This document shows, in pieces, positions 8,385 to 17,431 of a stretch of DNA of 64,000 nt. Both the position numbers and the translations under genes were made by a program. The stretch comes from an uncultured Planctomycetaceae bacterium. Its GTDB lineage: Bacteria; Planctomycetota; Planctomycetia; Isosphaerales; Isosphaeraceae. Positions within the stretch are counted from its first letter, which is position 1; the number at the start of each line of letters is the position of its first letter. The notes under the pieces are model-generated. The model did no database searches. It was not told the DNA's origin and saw only the letters and a program-made list of their open reading frames with translations. Location: positions 1-64,000 of the forward strand of contig CAWIAD010000001.1 in NCBI GenBank assembly GCA_963833985.1, in the 5' to 3' direction.

Positions 8385-9815
8385 TTGATGACTTCGATGC
8401 ATGAAAACACCATAGACCACCAGGTGGACGAATCAGCCCAGCCTGCGGACACCCGGATGCCGGCCGAGTTCGGGCTCCCCACGGCAATCTTCGTCGTTGT
8501 GGCCAGCATGGTGGGCGTCGGCGTTCTGACGACGTCCGGCTATACCATGGCGCTCGTGGGCAGTAACCAATATATGCTGATGCTCTGGGTGGTGGGCGGG
8601 GTGATCGCCATCTGCGGCGCACTCACCCTGGCCGAGCTTTCCGCGGCGCTTCCGCACACCGGCGGCGACTACGTTTACCTCTACCGTTCCTATGGTCCGC
8701 TGGCCGCCTTTCTCTCGGGCTGGGCGTCCTACCTTGTGGGCTTCTCCGCCCCCAGTGCGGCATCTTCGTTCGCATCAGCGAAGTACCTCCTGACGCCCCT
8801 GGGTCTGGAAGGCACCCGCGCCGCCGTGGTTCAGCGCGCGGTCGCAACCGCACTGATCCTGGTCTTCGCCGTGATTCACGTCTCCGGCCGAGACCGGACC
8901 GCGCGCGTACAGGGCTGGATCACGGCGCTGAAGCTGGCGGTGCTCGGGCTGCTCATCGCCGCCGGCCTGGCCGCCGGCTGGTCCCGGATCGGCAACATCC
9001 AGGATCCCGTTCCCGTCAACAACAGCCTGGCCGTGACCATGATGTTCTCGCTGGTCTACATCTACTACGCCTACACCGGATGGAACGGGGCATCGTACCT
9101 TGCCGGAGAGATCCGTGATCCTCAGCGCATTCTTCCCCGTGCCATCCTCCTGGGCACCGGGGTGGTGATGGCGATTTACCTCGCGGTCAATACGGTGTAC
9201 GCCCTGGCGCTGCCGGTGGCGGATCTGCGCGCGATGGTGAGCGATCCCTCCAACAAGCAAGGGCTCGATGTCGTGGCCCCGATCGCCGAGATCGCGGCCC
9301 GGCGGCTCTTCGGCCCGCGCTGGTCCAATCCGCTGAGCATCGCGATCGGCCTGATGTTGCTCTCCACCCTGAGCGTCTATCTCTTGCTCGGTCCGCGCGT
9401 CATCTACGCCATGGCGAAGGTGGGCCAGTTCCCGGCGATGGCCGGGCGCCTGACGCAAGGCACCGGAACGCCGGCCGTCGCCACCGCGTTCCAGGTGGGG
9501 ATGACCTTGATCCTGTTGTGGACCGGATCGTTCGAGAGCATCGTCGTTTACGCCGGCGTCGGGCTGTCCATCTTCTCCATGCTCTCCATGAGTTCGATCT
9601 TCGTGCTGCGCTGGAAGCTCCCCGACCTGCCTCGGCCGTTCCGGACTCCCGGCTATCCGTTCACCCCGGCGCTGTACCTGGCACTGACCTCGCTGCTGAC
9701 CGGCGCGGCGTTCCTTCAGCGTCCGCTGGTCGCGACCGCGTCACTCGGGAGTATCCTCCTGGGAGTGCCCATCTACTACCTGATGGTCCCGAAGCAAGAA
9801 GCGCCGATGACTTGA
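8385..9815 (+). CDS. APC-family amino acid permease
   Basis: About 12 TM helices; MVGVGV, AELSAALPHTGG, YAYTGW, EIRDPQR, PRPFRTP. Confidence 0.92.
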   Translation: MMTSMHENTIDHQVDESAQPADTRMPAEFGLPTAIFVVVASMVGVGVLTTSGYTMALVGSNQYMLMLWVVGGVIAICGALTLAELSAALPHTGGDYVYLYRSYGPLAAFLSGWASYLVGFSAPSAASSFASAKYLLTPLGLEGTRAAVVQRAVATALILVFAVIHVSGRDRTARVQGWITALKLAVLGLLIAAGLAAGWSRIGNIQDPVPVNNSLAVTMMFSLVYIYYAYTGWNGASYLAGEIRDPQRILPRAILLGTGVVMAIYLAVNTVYALALPVADLRAMVSDPSNKQGLDVVAPIAEIAARRLFGPRWSNPLSIAIGLMLLSTLSVYLLLGPRVIYAMAKVGQFPAMAGRLTQGTGTPAVATAFQVGMTLILLWTGSFESIVVYAGVGLSIFSMLSMSSIFVLRWKLPDLPRPFRTPGYPFTPALYLALTSLLTGAAFLQRPLVATASLGSILLGVPIYYLMVPKQEAPMT

Positions 9816-9867
9816 GCGGCCCGCCGGCGCGCGGGCGATGGAACGCAGGCTGATGGCCTGATCTCCA

Positions 9868-11073
9868 TTAGCGACTGGTGGTCCGGCCAGCCGGACGTGA
9901 GGGGCTCGGGCCGTTCTTGTCCGGGAAGCTGCCGGCGACGGCCCCGGCGACGCGGCCCAGAAGAGTGGGAAGCTCGCCCCGGCCGTTCAGTACGTGGGAA
10001 TCCGTTTGCGAACGCGTCCACCAGATCTGTCCGGTTTCCACACTCACGAGCCGCGCCCCGAGGGAAACCCGGCCCACCAGGACCTGTCCTGGCACCCGGG
10101 CCGAACGCTGGCTCTCGGCCGTGCATTCGGTGATCCGGACCACCAGTACCGCCGGCACCCCAAGGAGCTTGCCGACGGCCGTGGCGTTCTCCTCCGTGAG
10201 ACCCGATCGCTGGAATTGCTGTTCCTTGACCACCGACGCAATATCTGATCGGGCGACGAGGCTGTAACCCTTGCCGAGCAAGCTCTGCACGAACTCATCC
10301 TCGACCAGGCGTTGCTGGTCATTCTGGATCTCGCCCCGCACGGTCCGGCCATTGCCGACGGTGACCACCGCGAGCTTCGTCAGTTTCTGCGGACTGAACC
10401 CGCCTGTGGCGGCCGAGCTGGTACCGCCCCCGGGTTTCAGCGGGAAAGCCAGGGCGATGTTCCGGGCGGTGTCGGCCAGTACCAGCGAATTCTCGCCCCG
10501 GCCGCGGACAGCTCCAGACTCGGTGTGCTTGCCGGTCCACCAGATGCCGCCGGTCTCCACGCTGACCAGACGCGCGCCCAGCGACGCGCGTCCCACCACG
10601 AGGTTCATCCCCGTTCGCGGGTTCCGCTGGTTCTCGGTGCCACTATCGGTGATCCGGACCACCAGCACCGCCGGCACGTTCAGCAGCTTGCCGAGCGCCA
10701 CGGCACTTTCTTCTGTGAGACCTGACTGCTGGAATTGCTGTTCCTTGACCATGGCCTGGAGATCCGAACGCGACACCAGGTTGTAGCCCTTCTGGACCAA
10801 AACCTCGATGAACTGGTCCTCGACCAGTCTTTGCGGATCGGTCTGGGCCTGTCTCATGTGCCGGACCGTGCCCCCATTGGTGTCACCCACCACGACCACG
10901 GCAAGTTTGGTGATCATCGATGGATCAAACTTCGCGTCCGCCGAGGTCTGCGGCTTCGTGCGCGCGTTTCTTCCCTGCCTCTGCACACCGAGCGATGTCT
11001 GCGGGTGGCAGAGGACGACCGTCAGCAGGAGGGACACGGCCTGAAGACCGGTGCGGCCTGGAAGTCGATTCAC
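9868..11073 (-). CDS. Exported protein with two tandem CsgG/HfaB-like domains
   Basis: Signal peptide; duplicated domain with RSD-x-KEQQFQxSGLTEE-x-GKLL-x-ARLVSVETG. Confidence 0.75.
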   Translation of the reverse strand: MNRLPGRTGLQAVSLLLTVVLCHPQTSLGVQRQGRNARTKPQTSADAKFDPSMITKLAVVVVGDTNGGTVRHMRQAQTDPQRLVEDQFIEVLVQKGYNLVSRSDLQAMVKEQQFQQSGLTEESAVALGKLLNVPAVLVVRITDSGTENQRNPRTGMNLVVGRASLGARLVSVETGGIWWTGKHTESGAVRGRGENSLVLADTARNIALAFPLKPGGGTSSAATGGFSPQKLTKLAVVTVGNGRTVRGEIQNDQQRLVEDEFVQSLLGKGYSLVARSDIASVVKEQQFQRSGLTEENATAVGKLLGVPAVLVVRITECTAESQRSARVPGQVLVGRVSLGARLVSVETGQIWWTRSQTDSHVLNGRGELPTLLGRVAGAVAGSFPDKNGPSPSRPAGRTTSR

Positions 11074-11159
11074 CTGGTGAAACTCCCTGAAATGCTCGGA
11101 TCAAACTTTCTGCATGCCGGGCGCGGACAGCCCGCGCAGCAGTTGGCGTTCGCCCGGCC

Positions 11160-12107
11160 TCATCGACCGGGGCCCAGCTCGCGCGTGACGCGCAGTCCCT
11201 TCTCGGGAACAATCACGCCTTCCCAGTCCTTGTAGCCGCTCTTGCTGATGTGAATCTTGAGTTCCTTGCCAGCCGGCAGCCGGCGCTTGAGCGGAGAACC
11301 GCCGACATACTTGCCATCGATCTCGATATCACAGTTCTCGGGCTTGGGGGCGAACTCCACTTCCACCGACCCGTCCCCATCGCCCGCGCTGCTGGCGGCG
11401 GGCTTGCGGCCGAAAAGTGCCGCCTGGAACTGCATATCGCCCTCGAGTTGCCCAAGCGCCGCCTCGACGGCCTCGAAGCCGCGGTCGCTGCTGGTCTGAC
11501 GGCCGAAGGTCGAGGCCGTGAAGGTTTTCGATCCCTTCACGATCTTGGAGAACCGCACCCGGGCCGTCTCGATGTCGACCAGGCGAATGCGCATCTGGCA
11601 GGTGACCTTGGTGTTCCTGGTCCGCACGCCGTAGCCCTGGAACTCGACGGTGTCGTCGCGAATGTCGATGATCGAGCCCATGATGATGAGGTTGGCTCCG
11701 AGCATCTTCCCCAGCCGGATGGCTTTCTCCGGGTCGACCAGCCCGCTCAGGCCGAATTCCGTCTCGACGAGGACCGCGTCAACCCGCTGTCGTTCCAGGA
11801 TCGTGAGCCCGTCGATCCGGCCCAGTTGATCCTCGAGCACCGAGCGCGGAGCCTCCGTCAAGCGGTCGATCTGGTAGCGCCGCTTCGGCTGGCTGGGCCT
11901 CGTTCCGGTGGCCACCTCGTAGCTGATGTTCTGGTGGAGCTTCGATTGGTTCTCGAACGGAGGCACCAGCACGATCGGCTTGCGGCTAGCATCGTCTCCG
12001 GTCTGGCCGCGCAGTGGCGCGGTACAGAGGAGGCCGCTGAGCATGGTCAGGGCGAGAGCCAGGCCAGTGCGGCCGGCTCCAGATCGCAAGCGGTAAAGGC
12101 GTGTCAC
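11160..12107 (-). CDS. Exported CsgG/HfaB-like protein with C-terminal PEGA domain
   Basis: LERQRVDAVL...GLVDPEKAIRLGKMLGA...RLVDIET; PEGA-like IEIDGKYVGGSP...ISKSGY. Confidence 0.8.
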   Translation of the reverse strand: MTRLYRLRSGAGRTGLALALTMLSGLLCTAPLRGQTGDDASRKPIVLVPPFENQSKLHQNISYEVATGTRPSQPKRRYQIDRLTEAPRSVLEDQLGRIDGLTILERQRVDAVLVETEFGLSGLVDPEKAIRLGKMLGANLIIMGSIIDIRDDTVEFQGYGVRTRNTKVTCQMRIRLVDIETARVRFSKIVKGSKTFTASTFGRQTSSDRGFEAVEAALGQLEGDMQFQAALFGRKPAASSAGDGDGSVEVEFAPKPENCDIEIDGKYVGGSPLKRRLPAGKELKIHISKSGYKDWEGVIVPEKGLRVTRELGPGR

Positions 12108-12412
12108 GGTTCATGCCGCCAAGTGAGAGTGACTGGATTCAGCACTCCGATGCCCAACAAGCTAGCGATTCGCCCGCACGGTTGCAAAGGAATTGTGATC
12201 CGCGCGCCTTTTTTATGCACTTTCCTGCCGTCGCCTCACCACGCCGGCAGTTCCCGCGGTCCGCAAGCCGGGGGGCAAGAGTGAGTCGCCCCTGGCAGCC
12301 CGGCGTGCGCTCTGGGAAGATTCTGGGCTGTACAGGACGATTCGTCGAAAGCGAGATCATCAATCGATCGAGTGCCGGTGCGCGGGGAGCGCGGCGTGCG
12401 CGGGGAGGTAGC

Positions 12413-13312
12413 GTGCAGAGGCAGTTCCTGCCGGCCAGTGGTTCGGCCTGGATCCGGTCTCCTGTTCGGACATTCTTGCTGGGCCTTGCCTGCCTCTGGG
12501 CGGGTGCTGCCGCGGTGCGGTCCGAGCAGCAACCCGCGCGTGACGACCCGGCGCCCGTTCCGCGGGCGGAAGAGCCGGTGGACCGGGTCGCCCTCTGCAA
12601 CGGCCGCGACCTCTCTGGCCTCACCCACTGGCTCAGGGACACGAAGCTCGAGGACCCGCGCGGCGTCTTCAGCGTCCGGGAAGGCGTGATCCGGATCAGT
12701 GGCGACGGCTATGGCTACCTGGCCACGGGAACGGCCTATCGCGACTATCACCTGGTCGTCGAGTACCGGTGGGGCCAGCGCACCGACGGCGGCAAATTCG
12801 TCCGCAATTCGGGCATTCTGCTGCATGCGACCGGACCGGATGGCGGCGCCGGGGGAACCTGGATGTCCGCCATTGAATGCCAGCTCGCCCAGGGGTGCGT
12901 GGGCGACCTCATCCCGATTCGCGGCAAGGACGCGCAGGGGGCAGAGATCCCGGTGCGGCTCAGCAGCGCGGTGGTCCTCGGTGCCGACGATCACCCGCGC
13001 TGGAAACCTGACGGGAAGGAGCGCGTCTTCATGGGCGGCCAGCTCTGGTGGTCTGCGCACGATCCGCGGTTTCAGGAACTGCTTGACACACGCGGCCGGG
13101 ACGACGTCGAAAGCCCATCGGGTCAGTGGACCCGGGTGGAGTGCCTGTGCGACGGTGACCGGATCACGATCCGCGTCAACGGCATCACCGTCAACGAGTG
13201 TCACGCCGTCTTTCCGCCGGCCGGCAAGATCTTGCTGCAATGCGAGGGCTTCGAGCTGTTCGTACGAAGATTCGAGTTGCGACCGTTGAAGAAGCAAGGA
13301 GGACCGTCATGA
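12413..13312 (+). CDS. DUF1080 / 3-keto-disaccharide hydrolase family protein
   Basis: L(C)NGRDLSG, YHLVVEYRW, NSGI, W..VE, GKILLQCEG; GGAGG RBS before GTG. Confidence 0.85.
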   Translation: MQRQFLPASGSAWIRSPVRTFLLGLACLWAGAAAVRSEQQPARDDPAPVPRAEEPVDRVALCNGRDLSGLTHWLRDTKLEDPRGVFSVREGVIRISGDGYGYLATGTAYRDYHLVVEYRWGQRTDGGKFVRNSGILLHATGPDGGAGGTWMSAIECQLAQGCVGDLIPIRGKDAQGAEIPVRLSSAVVLGADDHPRWKPDGKERVFMGGQLWWSAHDPRFQELLDTRGRDDVESPSGQWTRVECLCDGDRITIRVNGITVNECHAVFPPAGKILLQCEGFELFVRRFELRPLKKQGGPS

Positions 13313-14592
13313 CCTCGGGCTCTGCTTCCCGCCGCCAGTTCCTGCGGACCTCGGCGCTGGCCGCAGGTACGTATACGGCATTACCGAGCGTGCACGTCGG
13401 CGGCAGCGACATCTTGCGGGTGGGCCTCGTCGGTTGCGGAGACCGCGGCACCGGCGCGGCAAGGCAGGCGCTTGCCGCGGATCCCGGAGCGCGGCTCGCC
13501 GCCATGGCCGATGCCTTCGACGACCGGCTTCAGCAGAGCCTCTCGATCCTGAAACAGGACGAGAAGGTGGGGTCCAAGGTGGAGGTGGCCCCCGAGCATT
13601 GCTTCGCCGGCTTCGACGCCTACAGGAAACTGTTGCAAAGCGGTGTCGACGTCGTCCTGCTGTGCACGCCCCCGCACTTCCGGCCGATCCATCTGAAGGC
13701 GGCCATCGAGGCGGGCAAGCACGTCTTCGCCGAGAAGCCGGTGGCCGTCGATGCACCCGGCGTGCAGTCGGTGCTGGAGTCCTGCAAGCTGGCCGGAACG
13801 AAGAACCTGTCGATCCTCTCGGGGCTCTGCCTGCGCTTTCACCAGGGCTTCCGCGAGACGGTTCAGCGGCTGCACGACGGCGCGGCCGGCGACATCACCA
13901 CCCTCTTCGCGAACGACTACCGCAGTGGACGCTGGGCGAAGCCGAAGCAACCGTCCTGGACCGAGATGACCTACCAGATGCGCAACTGGTACAACTTCAC
14001 CTGGCTCTCCGGCGACTTCAACGTTGAGCAGCACGTGCATTTTCTCGACGTCTGCGCTTGGATCATGAAGGAAGAATACCCGGTGCGGGCCATTGGCATG
14101 GGTGGCCGCCAGGTACTCACCGGCACCGAGTACGGGAATATCTTCGATCACTTCTCGGTAGTCTACGAATACGCCAGCGGCGCCCGGCTGATCAGCAATT
14201 GCCGCCAGCAGCCGGGATGCGCCGGCGACATGAGTGCGCACGTGCTGGGAACCCGGGGCAAGGCCGTATTCCAGGAGCGCAAGAACGGCCTGAAGATCGA
14301 GACCGGCACGGGATCTTGGCACTACTCCGGCCCGCAGAACGACATCTACCAGACGGAGCACGACGAATTCTTTGCCAGCATTCGCAACGGCCGGCACATG
14401 AACAACGGCGAGTACATGGCCAGGAGCACGCTGCTGGCGATCATGGGCCGCATGGCCGCTTACACGGGGCAGCAGGTGACCTGGGACATGGCGGCGGGGT
14501 CGCGCGTGGCGCTCAGCCCGGACCGCTACGACTGGGACGGCACGCCGCCGGAGCCGCGGATCGCCATTCCCGGCCAGACGCCGTTTGCATGA
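13309..14592 (+). CDS. Tat-exported Gfo/Idh/MocA oxidoreductase
   Basis: SRRQFL Tat motif; GLVGCGDRG; HVFAEKP; EQHVH; ATGA overlap with upstream gene. Confidence 0.93.
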   Translation: MTSGSASRRQFLRTSALAAGTYTALPSVHVGGSDILRVGLVGCGDRGTGAARQALAADPGARLAAMADAFDDRLQQSLSILKQDEKVGSKVEVAPEHCFAGFDAYRKLLQSGVDVVLLCTPPHFRPIHLKAAIEAGKHVFAEKPVAVDAPGVQSVLESCKLAGTKNLSILSGLCLRFHQGFRETVQRLHDGAAGDITTLFANDYRSGRWAKPKQPSWTEMTYQMRNWYNFTWLSGDFNVEQHVHFLDVCAWIMKEEYPVRAIGMGGRQVLTGTEYGNIFDHFSVVYEYASGARLISNCRQQPGCAGDMSAHVLGTRGKAVFQERKNGLKIETGTGSWHYSGPQNDIYQTEHDEFFASIRNGRHMNNGEYMARSTLLAIMGRMAAYTGQQVTWDMAAGSRVALSPDRYDWDGTPPEPRIAIPGQTPFA

Positions 14593-14603
14593 GGAGTCGG
14601 CCG

Positions 14604-15659
14604 ATGCACTCCAGAGCACCCAGGCACGAAGCAAGCGAGCGGGACCTGGGGGTGTGCCACGGGCCGTTGCCGTTCACCCGCCGCGCCCTGCTGGGCGCCC
14701 TTGGCTGCGGGCTCGCGCTCACCGGCCGGCGCGCGCAGGCCGCGGGCCGCGTCCCTGGCCCGCGGGCCGATCTGGAGCCAGGATCGGCACGCCTGGAGCC
14801 TCCGGCTCGCCCCGCGGAGCCGACCCGATTCCTGATCGCGTGCATGACGCTGCCGTACTCGCAGTTCCCGCTCAAGCGTGCCCTCAGCGGCATCAAGGCG
14901 GCCGGATACCAGCATGTCGCCTGGGGCACAACCCATATCGAGGAAGGAGGGCGCGAGCTCCCGGTCCTGGCGGCGGACGCCCCGGCCGAACGCGCCCTTG
15001 AGCTGGGCAGGCGGTGCCGCGACCTGGGCCTGGAACCGCTGCTCCTGTTCTCCGGAGTGTACCCGGAGGCCGACGGCGCCCTGGCCGTCTTGCGGCAGCG
15101 GATCCTTCAGGCCGGAGCGGGCGGCGTTCGCCAGGTGCTCACCTTCGGCCATACGCGCGGAGGCAACCGCAAGCTCTGGGTCGAACGCTTCAAGCAGCTT
15201 GGCCCGGTCGCCCGCGATCACGGCGTGACGATCGTGGTCAAGCAACATGGCGGCGAGACCGGCACAGGCGCCGCGTGCGCGGAGATCGTGCGCGAGGTCG
15301 ACGACCCGGGGATCATGGTCAACTACGACGCCGGCAACGTGATGGACTACCTGAACGTCGACCCGATTTCCGACCTCCGTTCCTGCATGGACCTGGTCCG
15401 CTCGTTCTGCATCAAGGACCACCGCAACACCCCTCGTGACGAGGACTGCGGCCCGGGCCTCGGCGAGATCGACCACTACAAGCTGCTGGCACTGGCCGCG
15501 CACACCGGCAAGACCATCCCGCTCTGCTGCGAGAACATCTTCGCCCCCCTCCTGCCCCGCCCCGGCAGCGCCGAGGAGATCGACCGCCTGGCAAGGCGGG
15601 CGCGCGAGTACCTGGAGCTGGTGGTCCGCGGCCTCCAGGCAGGAACGCCCCGGCGCTGA
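14604..15659 (+). CDS. Sugar phosphate isomerase/epimerase-type TIM-barrel protein (Tat)
   Basis: TRRALL signal; KQHG, NYDAGN, CIKD, GLGEID. Confidence 0.85.
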   Translation: MHSRAPRHEASERDLGVCHGPLPFTRRALLGALGCGLALTGRRAQAAGRVPGPRADLEPGSARLEPPARPAEPTRFLIACMTLPYSQFPLKRALSGIKAAGYQHVAWGTTHIEEGGRELPVLAADAPAERALELGRRCRDLGLEPLLLFSGVYPEADGALAVLRQRILQAGAGGVRQVLTFGHTRGGNRKLWVERFKQLGPVARDHGVTIVVKQHGGETGTGAACAEIVREVDDPGIMVNYDAGNVMDYLNVDPISDLRSCMDLVRSFCIKDHRNTPRDEDCGPGLGEIDHYKLLALAAHTGKTIPLCCENIFAPLLPRPGSAEEIDRLARRAREYLELVVRGLQAGTPRR

Positions 15660-15730
15660 GATGCCGCGGGCAAAGGCACTCCCGGCCCCCCGGCGGCTGA
15701 CCCGCCCCGCGTGCCCCACCCGCCCCTTGC

Positions 15731-15758
15731 TTGACGGCTCAGGCCCAACCTCTACACT
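15731..15758 (+). promoter_or_regulatory. Probable sigma70 promoter
   Basis: TTGACG-16 nt-TACACT upstream of the HEAT-repeat gene. Confidence 0.55.
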
Positions 15759-15834
15759 GGAAGGATCTGGTACTCCTCTGAATGGCCCGCGCCGGCATCC
15801 TACCGATGATCTGGCGCGATATGGATTTACGACC

Positions 15835-16854
15835 GTGCCTGACCTCTATGATCCTCAGCAGCCAGTTCTGGACGCCGGCAGCGGCAAGCCCCCCGCCCTG
15901 CCCGACCTGCCGCCCGTGGAGGCGCCTTCCGCGGGCTTCGTCGTCCAGCTCTTCGTCATCCCGGCGGTGGTCGTCGCGGTGGTGATCCTCGTCTGGCTGC
16001 TCTTCGGCAAGCTGGCCGGCGGAGAGCGCGATCCTGCCGAGTACGTCCGGCGCTTGCGGCAAGGATCGGGCGATTGGCGGTCGGCGTTCGAGCTGGCCAG
16101 CCTGATTCAGAATGACGCCCGGCTGGCGAGCAATCCCGAGCTGCTGGGCGAGCTGTCCGACCTGCTCACCGCGGAGCTGAAGGCCGGGCCGCGCGAGAAC
16201 ACCGAGCTGAAGGTCTATCTCATCAAGACCATCGGCGCTTTCCAGACGCTCGACGCGAGGCTCGGCGGCAACCGCAAGGTGGACCCTCTCGATGCGCTCG
16301 TCGAGGCGCTTGGGCCGGCCCACGAGCCGGCGGTTCGAATGGAGGCCGCGGCAAGCCTGGCCAAGCATGCGGCCCGGCTCGAGGGCAAGCTGGATGAGCC
16401 GCGGGCCGTCTCGGCGCTGCAAGCTGCGGCCAGCGGCGAGGATCCCGAACTGCGGCAGGTGGCGGCGTATGCCCTCGGCTTTTTCGGCGGCGATGCGGCG
16501 CGGCAGGCACTGCGGGAGCGGCTCACCTCCGATGATAGCCGCTACGTCCGCTACAACGCGGCCGTGGCGCTGGCGCGGCAAGGCGATCTGGCGGCAAAGG
16601 GCACGCTCAAGGAAATGCTCACCACGGCCGACCTCGACCGGGTGATCGATCTCCCGAGCAGCACCGAGAAGCAGAACAAGATCGAGGCCATCGAGCTCGA
16701 GGCCCTCCAGGCGCTTCAGTCCGCGCTGTCCCACCACTCCGCCGATCTGGCCCGTGCGCTCCAGCCGGAGGTGGAGGCCCTCCTGCAATCGGGCCTCGTG
16801 GGTGTGCGCAGCCAGGCTCAGGCGATCTTGAAACAATTACAATCCGGTTCCTGA
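15835..16854 (+). CDS. Membrane-anchored HEAT-repeat protein
   Basis: TM helix (FVIPAVVVAVVILVWLLF); VRMEAAASL, LRQVAAYALG, VRYNAAVALA repeats. Confidence 0.85.
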   Translation: MPDLYDPQQPVLDAGSGKPPALPDLPPVEAPSAGFVVQLFVIPAVVVAVVILVWLLFGKLAGGERDPAEYVRRLRQGSGDWRSAFELASLIQNDARLASNPELLGELSDLLTAELKAGPRENTELKVYLIKTIGAFQTLDARLGGNRKVDPLDALVEALGPAHEPAVRMEAAASLAKHAARLEGKLDEPRAVSALQAAASGEDPELRQVAAYALGFFGGDAARQALRERLTSDDSRYVRYNAAVALARQGDLAAKGTLKEMLTTADLDRVIDLPSSTEKQNKIEAIELEALQALQSALSHHSADLARALQPEVEALLQSGLVGVRSQAQAILKQLQSGS

Positions 16855-17431
16855 AGCCGGCCCCTGCTTGTCCGGCGCGCTGGCCGGTTCATCCCGGCGT
16901 ACTTCCTGGAAGGAATGCTCGATCGTACGGGGCAGTCACGCTTTGCGGTGCCTGCCGCCGGCCGGGGTTGTGCTGCGCGTGCCGGTTGGCGCACGGTGTG
17001 CTGTGGCAAATACCGTCATCCGCCGTTCCGCGTTTATCAACTTGCTGTGATCGGCACAGGACGACCTGGAACTTGAGGAAAGCGCGTAATTTGGTGAGAC
17101 GGGTCGCCAGCCAGTGTTATACTGGTCTGGAAGGCTCATTGTGAGTCTCGATCGTAGTGTATTCGACCACAGCCCGGGCGGTTCTTGAGAGAATCTTCCG
17201 CGGCAGCCGTGCACTGTGCCAGTGCAGTTCGTTGCGTGCGCGAGGTCGCAAATTGACACGGCGAATGTGGTGAACCCGTACGATCGTCAAATTGTTTCGA
17301 AACCGCATATCATTCGAGTGAACAGGGGAGCTTTCTCAGGGACGGGACAGCCGCTCCTTCGGGCCGTGACATGAGACCAAAGACAGGCGAATCGCGACAG
17401 GGATGCCCGAAGATCCGCCGAGGAGTCCAGC

